A stretch of DNA of 64,000 nucleotides from Stegostoma tigrinum (lineage: Eukaryota), in assembly GCF_030684315.1 (NCBI RefSeq), contig NC_081372.1, positions 40,058,457 to 40,122,456 of the forward strand. The letters are read 5' to 3'. The translations under genes were made by a program, and so were the position numbers. Below the pieces are notes generated by a model. The model made no database searches and had not been told where the DNA came from. It worked only from the letters and a program-made list of their open reading frames with translations. This document shows, piece by piece, positions 12,085 to 24,494 of the stretch (position 1 is the stretch's first letter; each line of letters starts with the position of its first letter).

Positions 12085-14217
12085 ATCATGAGTTAGGAAG
12101 CATGGACTGGGAGCAGTTGTTCCATGGTAAGGGAACTATAGACATGTGGAGACGGTTTAAGGAACAGTTGTTGGGAGTGATGAGTAAATATGTCCCTCTG
12201 AGACAGGCAAGAAGGGGTAAGATTAAGGAACCTTGGATGACGAGAGCGGTGGAGCTTCTAGTGAAAAGGAAGAAGGTAGCTTACATAAGGTGGAAGAAGC
12301 TAGGGTCAAGTTCAGCTAGAGAGGATTACATGCAGGCAAGGAAGGAGCTCAAAAATGGTCTGAGGAGAGCCAGGAGGGGGCACGAGAAAGGCTTGGCAGA
12401 AGCAATCCGGGAAAACACAAAGGCATTTTATACTTACGTGAGGAATAAGAGAATGGTCAAAGAAAGAGTAGGGCCGATCAGGGATAGCATAGGGAACTTG
12501 TGTGTGGAGCCTGAGGAGGTAGGGGAAGCCCTAAATGAGTTTTTTGCTTCTGTCTTTACGAAAGAAACCAACTTTGTAGTGAATGAAACCTTTGAAGAGC
12601 AGGTGTGCATGCTGGAATGGATAGAGATAGACGAAGCTGATGTGCTGAAAATTTTGTCAAACATTAAGATTGACAAGTCGCCAGGCCCGGATCAGATTTG
12701 TCCTCGGCTGCTTTGGGAAGCGAGAAATGCAATTGCTTCGCCACTTGCGAAGATCTTTGCATCCTTGCTCTCCACTGGAGTCGTACCTGAGGACTGGAGA
12801 GAGGCAAATGTAATTCCTCTCTTCAAGAAAGGAAATAGGGAAATCCCCGGCAATTATAGACCGGTAAGTCTCACGTCTGTCGTCTGCAAGGTGTTAGAAA
12901 GGATTCTGAGGGATAAGATTTATGACCATCTGGAAGAGCATGGCTTGATCAAATACAGTCAACACGGCTTTGTGAGGGATAGGTCATGCCTTACAAACCT
13001 TATCGAGTTTTTTGAGGATGTGACTAGAAAGGTTGATGAGGGTCGAGCTGTGGATGTGGTGTATATGGACTTCAGTAAGGCATTTGATAAGGTTCCCCAT
13101 GGTAGGCTCATTCAGAAGGTCAGGAGGAATGGGATACAGGGGAACTTAGCTGCTTGGATACAGAATTGGCTGGCCAACAGAAGACAGCGAGTGGTAGTAG
13201 AAGGAAACTATTCTGCCTGGAAGTCAGTGGTGAGTGGAGTTCCACAGGGCTCTGTCCTTGGGCCTCTACTGTTTGTAATTTTTATTAATGACTTGGACGA
13301 GGGAATTGAAGGATGGGTCACCAAGTTTGCAGACGACACAAAGGTCGGAGGTGTCGTTGACAGTGTAGAGGGCTGTTGTAGGCTGCAGCGGGACATTGAC
13401 AGGATGCAGAGATGGGCTGAGAGGTGGCAGATGGAGTTCAACCTGGATAAATGCGAGGTGATGCATTTTGGAAGGTCGAATTTGAAAGCTGAGTACAGGA
13501 TTAAGGATAGGATTCTTGGCAGCGTGGAGGAACAGAGGGATCTTGGTGTGCAGATACATAGATCCCTTAAAATGGCCACCCAGTGGACAGGGTTGTTAAG
13601 AAAGCATATGGTGTTTTGGCTTTCATTAACAGGGGGATTGAGTTTAAGAGTCGTGAGATCTTGTTGCAGCTCTGTAAAACTTTGGTTAGACCGCACTTGG
13701 AATACTGCGTCCAGTTCTGGGCGCCCTATTATAGAAAAGATGTGGATGCTTTGGAGAGGGTTCAGAGGAGGTTTACCAGGATGCTGCCTGGACTGGAGGG
13801 CTTATCTTATGAAGAGAGGTTGACTGAGCTCGGTCTCTTTTCATTGGAGAAAAGGAAGAGGAGAGGGGACCTAATTGAGGTATACAAGATAATGAGAGGC
13901 ATAGATAGAGTTGATAGCCAGAGACTATTTCCCAGGGCAGAAATAGCTAGCACGAGGGGTCATAGTTTTAAGCTGGTTGGTGGAAAGTATCGAGGGGATG
14001 TCAGAGGCAGGTTCTTTACGCAGAGAGTTGTGAGAGCATGGAATGCGTTGCCAGCAGCAGTTGTGGAAGCAATGTCATTGGGGTCATTTAAGAGACTGCT
14101 GGACATGTATATGGTCACAGAAATTTGAGGGTGCATACATGAGGATCAATGGTCGGCACAACATTGTGGGCTGAAGGGCCTGTTCTGTGCTGTACTGTTC
14201 TATGTTCTATGTTCTAT
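12085..14217 (+). mobile_element. Young 5'-truncated CR1 LINE, ORF2 reverse transcriptase with a single frameshift
   Basis: 573-aa ORF with KSPGPD, NYRPVSLTS, YMDFSKAFDKV, GVPQGSVLGP, KFADDTK; continues in a second frame to 14128; (TTCTATG)n tail at ~14197-14217. Confidence 0.97.
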
Positions 14218-14229
14218 TTGTGATAAGAT

Positions 14230-16150
14230 ACCTACTATATTTTATAATAATTTAACAGTACTTTCAATCACCTCAATTCCAAAACTAATCTAGTGCAAAG
14301 CAATTTCTCAAAGTAACTGTACTTTTAAAATATGCTACGAGCTCTCAGGATACCAGGCTGGCCTATACTGTGTCTTAATAACACTGCCTGCAAGATGGCA
14401 GTCCTACTCAATGCTTCATGGTAGAGGGCACATGACTATGGCAAGCCTGGCAGTACATTTGTACTGCTTGTATTTCTAGACCAACACATCCTTTTTACAT
14501 AAAATATTGCATGCATTATCACACACATTTCGATCTACCTATGTTACCAAATACACAGATAACAGTTCCCATGCATGAGCAGTTAATTACTCTCATCCAC
14601 TTCTGCATATACATTGCATATATTGCCAATAAATTTTCCTGGTTTATTAATGGCATGCCTACATATTGCTGACCATTTACCTGGGTGATGTTCTGTCCAA
14701 AAGTATATCATTCCCGTGTTATTTGTTGCTGCCACATTCAACTGTGCAGGTGGTGAGCTCACATCTTCCTGACTGGCCACATTCAGTTGCAAACAGTTTT
14801 TCCAGTTCTGAGTATTTGCTTGCAGTTGAGATTGTATATCTGATAGTTCACTCCCGTCATGTAGGAAAGAGTACTGCACTCAGGTCACACCATTGTTACT
14901 GGGACTGACTGTTGTTGAGATTATTGAAAGTTTATACTGTGACAGGCTGGCTGTCCAGTGTTCAATTCTGGCAATGGTTTAGCAGCCTTGTCAAAATAAA
15001 GTTTGATATTCTGCCATTTGACATTGATTTTGTCACTCATGCCTGATACAATTTCTGGCTTCACTAGCTTATTTGCTATTGAAAGAATATAGTCGGTGTG
15101 GTGTGGCATTAATCTTTACACTGGACTACTTTCCATGCTTCTAGCAGATGTGTCTCTCCACTCAAAGATTGCCTTGCATACATCTGTGCAGGATTTTCTC
15201 AATTTCTTGATGATTCTTTTGGTGACTTTCATTGTCACCTCAATCTTCCCATTTGACTGAGGAAAGTGTGGAGATATTGTATGGTGTTGAGTTTCTAAGG
15301 TCCACTTCCCAGTTATCAAAATGGTAGCCTATGGTGACAAGATATTTAGTTCTTGCAAAAGAAGTCTATCCCCGCCTTCATCCATGATTATCCATGTGTC
15401 ATTAGTAGCTCTCTATTTTTCTTACTTCAGTACTCATTGCAAGCATTGCACGGACTGATGTCCTCCTTGGTTTTATTGCTCTTGTTGGCCAATGGAGCAA
15501 ATCTCTTGTTTACCTCAGATTTGACTGAATTCCTCAGTGGCTTGCATGAATGCATGTTAGCCTCTCTCCTCTCAACTCTTATGGGATAGTGACTCAATTT
15601 CCTTTGTACAATGTATCATCTTGGGCTGCCAATTCCCTGTATGCCCAATATGTTACTATTAGCAACAATCCTTGATTTTATTGGGCTCTCATTTCATTAA
15701 CAGTTCTTGAAACAGTCAAATGGTTCCACCTCATTGGCTGGTTCACTTGATTTGAATGGCGTATTTGTCTGTTCACTTCAATATCCTTGCTGGGTATTTG
15801 TTCAGTGCCTAAATACCACTGCATATCCTTAGCAGAATAGCTCTGATGAATCAGACAATAATTTTATCAAATAGTCAACGCATCCAACAAATTATTGTAC
15901 TACTTTTACATCTGATGGTCAGTGCATTGCTGCTACAGCAGTCAACTTTTTGGAATCAGTTCAAAGACCTTTTCCTGTCAGTACATGGTCTAAGGGCTTG
16001 ACTTCATACAGCTCTACACCTTGTTGTCTCATACTTAAAAAGCTGCTACTTTCATCTAACTATGCTGCCTCATAATCAGTGGCACTTTCCTCAGGCAGTC
16101 TTGTAAGCTTACTTGACAGCAATATGGACCATTTCAACTGCTGTGCCACC
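14230..16150 (-). mobile_element. Degraded Gypsy/Ty3 LTR retrotransposon (pol remnants, probable PPT and 3' LTR)
   Basis: Minus strand: DHVLTGKGL*TDSKKLTAVAAM..PSDVKVVQ*FVG (RT end, ~15850-16010); ELAAQDDTLYKG...CIHASH (~15540-15635); SPHFPQSNGKIEVTMK (integrase, 15116-15319); purine tract AAAAAGGA then TG at ~14490; left boundary uncertain. Confidence 0.8.
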
Positions 16151-17614
16151 CACTTGAAAGATATAAAGAAAACTTCAATCTCTGCTTCCTTAAAAACAGG
16201 AATTAGATGAGTAAACCAAGTTTGCACTTATTAGTAAGAACACTTAACCATTAAAAATACAAATTCCCATCAAACAGGAATAGATACGAAGAGAAAAAAC
16301 CTGCATCCCAAGTAATAATAGCATTAAAGACAGAGAAATAAGAACACACCTGACCTAGTTATTTTAGATCAGGTAAGCTATTGAGAAATTTTTTTAGCAA
16401 TTATTTCAGCTTTAAAAGCATTAGTTGGGTTCCATTTGTAATTTCAGATCTGATCAAGATATTTGAGTTAATGATGGTCATTAATTTTGCCCTAAAACTA
16501 TGCTCTATTTTGTTGTAGACAGTGCAATCTTAGCACTAATGTAAGCAGTGGAGCGCAGAGATAATCTTAACCATAAAACATTGATGTTAAATATGTATTT
16601 GCAACATACATTTGTCTTGGGAGTAAAAGGGCAGATTAACTGTAACTAAACATTCAAAGTTCTGTTGATTACCCTGAAATCGTTCTGCTTCCAAAGAGAT
16701 TGGAGAAAAGGTTGCAAACAGCATTTTGGACTGAATAGTATGATTCAATTAATTAGCTTTAGGGACCATCTAAGTGGTTGTTCCAGACTATCAGTGGATT
16801 AGTTCTGTAAAATAATCAAGCTTTAATGAATATAACAATCGTACAAGGAATAGCAAGAGAGGACATCCCTGATACCTTTGAGACTTGGGTTCAAATTCTC
16901 TATCATCTGACTTTATGATGACATTGTTCCTGCACACATTCTTAGGAGCTAACTTTGGAATAAAGATATAGTTAATCCTTTAGTCCACATGTATTTTTGG
17001 ATTGTAAGTGGCAGCACCCCACAATTTAAGGTGCCAGGTACCTGGTGAACAGTTACTTGACTGACACTGAATGTTGCAGACAGTCCCTTTGTTCCTACCA
17101 TCCCTCAGCTACAGATAGATCAGAGTGCAGATTTTACAGTTGCAAATCTCACAAAAGGAAGATTGTACAATCAAAATAAAGCCAAATATGATAGTAAGAG
17201 TAAAAAGTAAAGTTGTTACTTCTCATTGCTGATGATTAAGGGAATAGTTTGGAAACTACATTCATTGGTCCCTGTCATAGTTTATTATAAATCAGTACCA
17301 TTATACATCTGAAAACACTGGTCTGAAGTTTCATATTTGCGGTTAAAGAGTGCCAGTGAGGGATTTTCATGGCACCTGGCTCATCGTAGCCCATAGTAAA
17401 TGTTCTCTTTCATTTTTCACCTCATATCTAAAGCAACCGAGGGGTCAGGCGCATTTGTCCCAGAAATGCAAGATGATCAAGGTGGAAGTGTTCCCTACAG
17501 CCGGAACTTGGCGGTTTGCACACCTTTGGAGCTATATTTAAAGCTCAGTTGCACACGACCTTTGATGCTGCAAGGAAGGACCTGTCCCTCACACTGTAAT
17601 ACACGGCACTGAAA

Positions 17615-17850
17615 ATGATGCAGAGGAAAGGCAAAGCACTTCCTTGCTTCCAGGTCAGGAATGTGGAGATTCTGGTGGTTGGACTGGCAGTGAGGAAGGC
17701 AATCCTTTCTCCTGCTGACCACCGAACAAGTCAATGCCAAAAGGTCCAGCCAGTTGAGACAGAACTTGCATCAGGGGTCAGTGCTGTTTCCCAAGAAACC
17801 TAACAGTGCAGTAAAAAGATCAAATACCTTCTTTATTCCGCAAGCATAAG
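17615..17850 (+). pseudogene. Harbinger-type Myb/SANT (NAIF1/MSANTD-like) first exon remnant
   Basis: MMQRKGKALPCFQVRNVEILVVGLAVRKAILSPADHR...ELASGVSAVSQET*QCSKKIKYLL fits the pattern PRF...LE.L...V..RK.IL.P...VSAVS...QC.KK...L; ends at decayed donor-like ATAAGT. Confidence 0.7.
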
Positions 17851-19471
17851 TGTCATCTTCCTACTGCTTTTTCACAGTTTCAGGCCAGCTGCCACTTTAA
17901 CTCTGCCATTGAATATCCATCTCACTAAGCCCGATGCATCTGTACCTATTCAATGGCTCTCACCTACCTCATCCTCCCAAACACCTGACCCTTCCTGCCT
18001 TCTGACCTTCCTACTCACTCACTTGGGAAACCTCAGCACCTCACTTGCTCATGCATAGTCTCTAGCTGCTCTTCCACACACTGCCATCAGACTCAATTAA
18101 AGGACAAATCCATTCCCGCACACCAGGCCTGCCCATAGCATGGGCTGCTTTCAGCACAGCTCACCTATTCTCACCTACTCATGATCCCCACTATCTGCCT
18201 TTCTCTTCGTCAGCTTAACATAATGAATCCTTTTGTCAGCCAACTCTTATTGACTCTCTGTCCTTGCTCCATCCTACCTATCCACTCACTCCTTTACACC
18301 CCACTATTGCAGCCCCCCCATCCCCTACATTCAACATATATGCCACCTAAACAGGGCAGAATCTTGGAGCTACATCAAGCCCCAGAGGTACAACAAGAAG
18401 TCTACAAAATCTCTATTCAGAGGCAGAATGATTCAGCATGGGCAAACACATGGCATACCGCAAAATGGATAGGCAAAACCAAGGGGCCTAGCCAATTGTG
18501 CTGTGGGTGGGAGTCAGCAGGTCAACTATTTCAATGAAGTCAATGTTCCAGGCATCATATTTAAATGTCATACGTTCCCCGCTATCCAGCAGCATCGGTT
18601 TACCTGCGTGTGACAAGGTTTTGAAATAAAGCTGATCCTGCAACCAACTAGTGGTGTGAGACCCACCCCGCTGAAAGCTACAACTGCTGCTGCAATCACA
18701 TGCTGTCTTTGAGTAATGTCTCAGCGCAGGGAATACCTGACTTGACTGTTTAGTGATATCTTCCTGCAGATTCTCTTTCAAGCTGTCTGGGAATGGTGAG
18801 AGGTCTTATTTAACAATAATGGTAACAGAAAACCCAATTGCCTGGCAACCATCAAAATGTTGAAACAGCAACATCCCAGTTTGATTGGCAGCATTGGCTG
18901 TCCAATTTGAATCAATTTCACATTGTTTGTTCTGGAGGAGGTTAAGTGCTTTTGAGTGCCTTGAAGGTTAAGTTATTAAAACTTTGAGGATGATTAACAC
19001 TTTCATTCCTGCAGTAAAAAGGCATGTTATTTGAATATACAATGAAAGTCTATCACAACGCATAAAAATATATTGAAAATTTGCACAAAGCACAGGAATC
19101 TCATGGCTCCCAAATAAAAATCCCTTATGTGAATCAGTGAGCATGTCCCGTTTCAGCACTTAAACATTTTAGCAAAGGAAAACATGACCAATGATTTCAA
19201 TTTGATCAGCTGGACAAGAGTAGAGCATGAACAGTTTTAAACTTAGAGTACTATACTTAGCAACATGTTTACACCCTAATCCTACTGGCTACAGTTTTGC
19301 CTGGGGCTATTTCAGTTATAATGCCAGTCATGCTACTTGCATAAACACTGTACAATGCCTTATTTAAAGCTGTAAATTAAAGATGATGAAAACACAGCTC
19401 ATTATTTATCCTCATATTTCGCCCGTAGTCAAAAGAGAGAAGAGATTCGAGGAAGATGTGCTCAAGGGCGA

Positions 19472-19503
19472 TAGGGTTAGGGTTAGGGTTAGGGTTAGGG
19501 TTA
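19472..19503 (+). repeat. Short interstitial telomeric repeat TAGGG(TTAGGG)4TTA
   Basis: Perfect vertebrate telomere hexamers. Confidence 0.95.
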
Positions 19504-20096
19504 TTCAATACAATTCATTTGGGAAGAGTGCATCAATAATTATGCCCCCCTTTCCACAAATGGTCATAAATGTATACATAACCAATTGTAATTAGGATGA
19601 TCAATTTACCTGCCTGACTGCAATTCAGGACTAAAGCAACTCACACCAGGTTTCATCATTAATGGGAAAATAATTCTACTTATCGTAAACTAACTTATTC
19701 TTTAACAAATTTCAAAGAAAAGATGGATCACTAATCTACTATTTTAAACCCTACCCCTTTAACACCCTAAATACACATCAACTCATTATGAATAGGATAG
19801 AAAGTAAGGCAAACAATTTGACATATGTTATGGATAGGAAAATATAGATTATGCACAACAATTATGTTGATCTAAACTCCAGACCACAAGGAGGCAAGTT
19901 ATTTCATACATATCTTTTGATTTTAGTAATCATGATGCAATGTTGTCTGCTGAATGACTGTTCCTGTTTGATTCAGCAACTAATCAGGTGAACTTAAATG
20001 TTTTCTTGAAGTAGAATTCTTTCTTTGGAATTTCAGATTTCTTTTGCTTTTTCAGAAGGGACGGAGTGATGTTTTTCATTTGCCGGCTCTGGATGT

Positions 20097-20189
20097 TTCT
20101 GGTTTTTCTGATGAAGGGTCTAGGCCCGAAATGTCAGCTTTTGCGCTCCTGAGATGCTGCTTGGCCTGCTGTGTTCATCCAGCCCCACA
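20097..20189 (+). mobile_element. Penelope-like terminal fragment (family A)
   Basis: CTGATGAAGGGTCTAGGCCCGAAATGTCAGCTTTTG...TTCATCCAGC; GGATGT duplicated at 20091-20096 and 20190-20195. Confidence 0.85.
20108..20135 (+). ncRNA. Minimal type-I hammerhead ribozyme motif (PLE-associated)
   Basis: CUGAUGA core, stem II GGGUC/GGCCC, GAAA, then UGUC (family consensus GAAAC-GUC seen at 46153-46160); activity untested. Confidence 0.65.
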
Positions 20190-20779
20190 GGATGTAAGGC
20201 TGATTTGTTTTAGATACTTTTTGCAAAACGACACTTCCACATTATTGAAAAATTATTAACCAATGACTTTTTTTTCATCACGTCCAAGGACAACTGTAGG
20301 TTTCATTGGTTCTGGAATGTATTTTTGTGCATTGGCATGAAATGGCCATATCTTGTTTGAGAGGGAAGACATGAAACGCCATGTACCACAAACCTTTATA
20401 AGCCAATTTTGACTCCATGAAAATAGCAGAGTAGGCTGTGCCTTCTGCAACAGAAGTAATTCACTTGGGAGTGCTAGGTGCTGGTTGTAACCCAACCCAA
20501 CGCCTCTCGAGAATTAGAAAGTTGGGCAATGAGATTTGGAATCCAGAAATCCGGCCTGCTGCCATTATTGAAGGGCTGTCAAATGAAACCTGAATTGTCA
20601 AAAATCTGGCCCAATGTGTTGGGAGTCAGTTTGTGCTCAACTGCAGCAGTTGCAAGACAGCGCATGTGTAGAACACTTACTGGGGTGATGACATCAGATA
20701 TTGGAGGTCTGCATTCTCTGAGAGGTTTTACTGTTCTTGAAATAGTACTCAATTCTTCTGTTTGCCTTCAGGACAAAAG

Positions 20780-21380
20780 AGTGCATAACATGGAGTCGGT
20801 ACGTCACGTTGCAGCAGTACGGGACATTGGCTAAGTTATTTTTGGAATACCATGTTCAACTCTAGTCCCCCAGCTATAGGGAGGATGTTGTGAAACTTGA
20901 AAGTGTTCAGAAAATATTTACGAGCTGTTCCTAAGGTTGGAGGGTTTGAACTTTAGGGAGAGGGCAAATAGGCTAGGTCTATTTTCCCTGGAGCATCAGA
21001 GGCTGAGGAGTGACCTTATAGAGGTTTATAAAACCACGAGGGACATGGAAAGGGTGAAATGCCAAGGTCTTTTTCTCAGGGTAGAGGAATCCAAAACTAG
21101 AAGGCAGAGGCTCAAGGTGAGAGGGGAAAGATTTAAAAAGGATCAAAAGGACAACTTTTTCATGCAAAGGGTGCATGTATGGAATGATCTCCCAGAGGAA
21201 GTGGTAAGGCTGATACAATGACAACATCTAAACGGCTTCTGGAGGGTACGTGAATAAGAAGTGTTTAGAAATATATGGGCCAAATGCCGGCAAATGGCAC
21301 TGGATTTATTTGGGATATCTGGTTGGCATGGATGAATTGGGTTGAAGGGTCAGTTTTCATGCTGTACTCTATGACTCTAT
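20780..21380 (+). mobile_element. CR1 LINE 3' fragment
   Basis: ORF 20937-21221 RLGLFSLEHQRLRSDLIEVYK...VWNDLPEEVV; tail CTGTACTCTATGACTCTAT. Confidence 0.9.
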
Positions 21381-21779
21381 AACATTAAGGGGCACTTGAA
21401 AACTAACGATAGAATCTCTGGCATCACAATATTGTACTCAGCAGAAAAGGAATTAGTCGATCAGGCCAGACAGCAAGGTAAATATTGAGTTCTAGACAGT
21501 GGGAGCAGAACACTAAAACAATAGGGTGAGGATCTGTCCAAGGCACACAGGAGACATACTCGATGTAGCACTGGTAAACAGGTTTGTGTATACCACAAGC
21601 TGACACTTTGTAATCTCCACTACAGGTCCTTGCAATCAGGGGACACACTGAATACAGTCTGCAACAAGCCAGACCTCCACCTCTGAGAATAATGATGTAC
21701 AATATAGAGGATGCACCATCACTGTAAAAGATGCTGTGGGTCTGGATACACATGCAGACCAACATAGACTGCAAATTTC

Positions 21780-21990
21780 GTGCCCTGAAGGACATTATTG
21801 AATCAAATGTGTTTTTATGACAATCTGATAAGTTCCGTGGTGATTACTGCTAAAATCAGCATTTTACAATAGATTCTTTCATTTTTTAAATTTCTCTACT
21901 TTCCGTAGCAGGATAATGTCATCATGTCATTAGTCTAAGGTTATGGACTAACAATCCAGTAATGATATCATTATACAGCCATTCTCCAAA
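21780..21990 (-). mobile_element. tRNA-headed SINE, same family as 595-920
   Basis: CCCTGAAGGACATTATTGAATCAAATG...ACAATCCAGTAATGATATCATTATACAGCCATTCTCC is the reverse complement of the family head and body. Confidence 0.6.
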
Positions 21991-22796
21991 ACAATACCAA
22001 AGTAATGGTGAAAGTGCTGGTGTGCCACTACAAAGACAGAAGTTGTCAGAAACGTAAGGCCATATGAAACCCAACATTTGTTGGATGACTAGGAAATATC
22101 CCATAGATGCAGCCAAGGGCTTCAATCACACAATACAAACAAGAGCTAACAACTGAGACCAATGATATAATTAAACTCAGATGGATATGTGTTTCACAAA
22201 TAAAATCATCTCATGTCTCTTGGAAAAGATTCAAATTGCTTCAAAACAATACCTTCAATTTTATTTTTGGTATTCTTTTTCTTACATGGAATGTGGGCAT
22301 CAATGGAAAGACCAACATTCCTGGTCCACCCATAATTACTTTTGAGGTGGTGATGGTGAACCCCTTCTGGATTTGCTACTGGCCATATGCGGTGGACACA
22401 CCCACAGTATTATTAGGAAGGGAGTTCCAGGATTTTGATTCACTTTTTTTAAATTCACACACGGGAATCGGGTATCACTTGCTGGGCCAGGATTTATTCT
22501 TTGCCTCTGGTCAAATTGTGAAGGTGATAGTGTGATGCAGGAACAGGGTACTAAGTTGGATGATCAACCATGATTATTTTGAATGGTGGAGCAGGCTCAA
22601 ATGGCTGAATGGCTTACTCCAACTCCTATTTTCTATGTTTATATGAATGCAGTGGTTACAAGAGCAGGTTAGAGTTTACACAAGTAACTTACCTTCTGAC
22701 TCCCCAGAACCTGTCCATCATCTATGAGGCACAAGTCAGGCGTGAGATAGAATGCTGTACACTTGCCTGGATAAGTGCAGCTCTAACAATATTCAG

Positions 22797-23023
22797 AGAC
22801 GACGCAGCATGGAGCTGGAGGAACACAGCAGGTTAGGCAGTGTCAGAGGAGCAGGAAAGTTGACATTTTGGGTCAAGAACCTTCTTCTGCAAAATCATTT
22901 TCTGAAGAAGGGTCCTGATCCAAAATGTCAACATTCCTGCTCCTCTGACATTGCCTGGACTGCTGTGTTCTCCCAGTTCCACACGGTGTTGTCTCTGACT
23001 CCAGCATCTGCAGTTCTTGCTAT
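22797..23023. mobile_element. Fold-back Penelope-like mini-element inserted in an L2-like LINE fragment
   Basis: Inverted arms around CTGAAGAAGGGTCCTGATCCAAAATGTC; flanked by CTCTAACAATATTCAG (22781) and CTCTGACAACATTCAG (23024), 14/16 identical. Confidence 0.8.
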
Positions 23024-23084
23024 CTCTGACAACATTCAGTAAGCTTAACTCCATCCGTGATCAAGCAATTCACTTGTTTAGCAT

Positions 23085-23278
23085 AACAAAGTGTGGAGCT
23101 GGATGAACACAGCAGGCCAAGCAGCATCTTAGGTGCACAAAAGCTTTTCTGCTGAAGGGTCTAGGCCCAAAACATCAGCTTTTGTGCTCCTAAGATGCTG
23201 CTTGGCCTGCTGTGTTCATCCAGCCCCACATTTTGTTATCTCGAATTCTCCAGCATCTGCAGTTCCCATTATCTCTGA
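23085..23278. mobile_element. Fold-back Penelope-like mini-element (family A) with 15-bp TSD
   Basis: Inverted arms; TCACTTGTTTAGCAT at 23070-23084 and 23279-23293. Confidence 0.88.
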
Positions 23279-24494
23279 TCACTTGTTTAGCATCACAGAT
23301 TTTCTTTGTTGACATGCCAGAAATATCACAGAATTCCAAATTTCTGACCTGCCTTATATCACTTGGGTAAAACATAAGCAGTTAAAACGCAATTCAGAGA
23401 AAATGTTAGGTATGGCAGGGAAACAGAGTTGCTACTCTTCATGGTGGTAAACCCATCATTCTGCATCCATTATCAATGTAATAGTCAATTTGTAACACCA
23501 TGTAATGAGATAGTAAAACATCACTCAATGATAAATAAATGTACTCTGGATAGCAATGTATGAGCTTCTTCAGTCATAAAAGATTATATATAAGGCTCCA
23601 GCCCTAATATTTCATTTCTTACAATAACTAGTTATCATGATTTCTTTATAGATGAACCTGAGAGAAAGTTGTTCAAGACTCAAACAAAATAAAACTTTTC
23701 CAGTCTTTGCTTCAAAGAGGACAAATGTTGATTCTAAATACAATGTCCTTGTTGATAAAGGTGAGCTGTCAAGGACAGTGACCCACATCAGTTCCAGCCA
23801 TCTAATCTAGATCAACAGGGGCAAACTCCAGAATTTCATCACAATTCAAATTTCAACAATTGTGTTGGATCACATACACCCAAACACACATACAAATCCC
23901 TCAGCTAGAATACTTCAGAAACTGGGATAAATCTCTAACACTTAAGGAAATTTTTTTCTGTTCTGATGTAGGAACAACATAACCTAAGATGTACCAATAA
24001 CAGATCTTGCAGCTTGCCAGTAGTGGGGAAGATGGCAGACCACCCAACTATCCATAAGCCAATTAAGGTCCCAAAGTGACCAGTTAAGGAATATTTAAGG
24101 ACTTCTTCTCACTGCCAGTAGTACTTTATCACCTTTCTTTTTGCCCAAATTCTCAAGATTCCAATATATATGAAGCATAATCTAGATTGGTTTCAAACTG
24201 ATCAATAGTTTCCCTCTCCGCATCATGAAACCTGGCAAAAAATATATTAATAAGTAATTTGAAACTTTATGCCTCATAAATCACTACACAATTTCTGACA
24301 TCAATCAGGAAGTTTCTGCTTCCATACTTCCTCACAAGTATTACAGTTGGGTTAAGGATTGTACCAGAAGAGACATGGCATTAGAGTATTCAAATATCCT
24401 CTGACAAACGTGAGGCATAGCCCTAGTGGGCCTAAAAGTGAGCTAAATCATCCTTATTTAAATAATTGATGTCTTCACACATAGTTTCCAATCT

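Noticed and set aside
13208-13696. 162-aa and other long ORFs antisense to CR1, L2-like and PLE sequence (also 29149-29583, 61030-61428)
   Set aside because: Shadow frames of retroelement coding sequence
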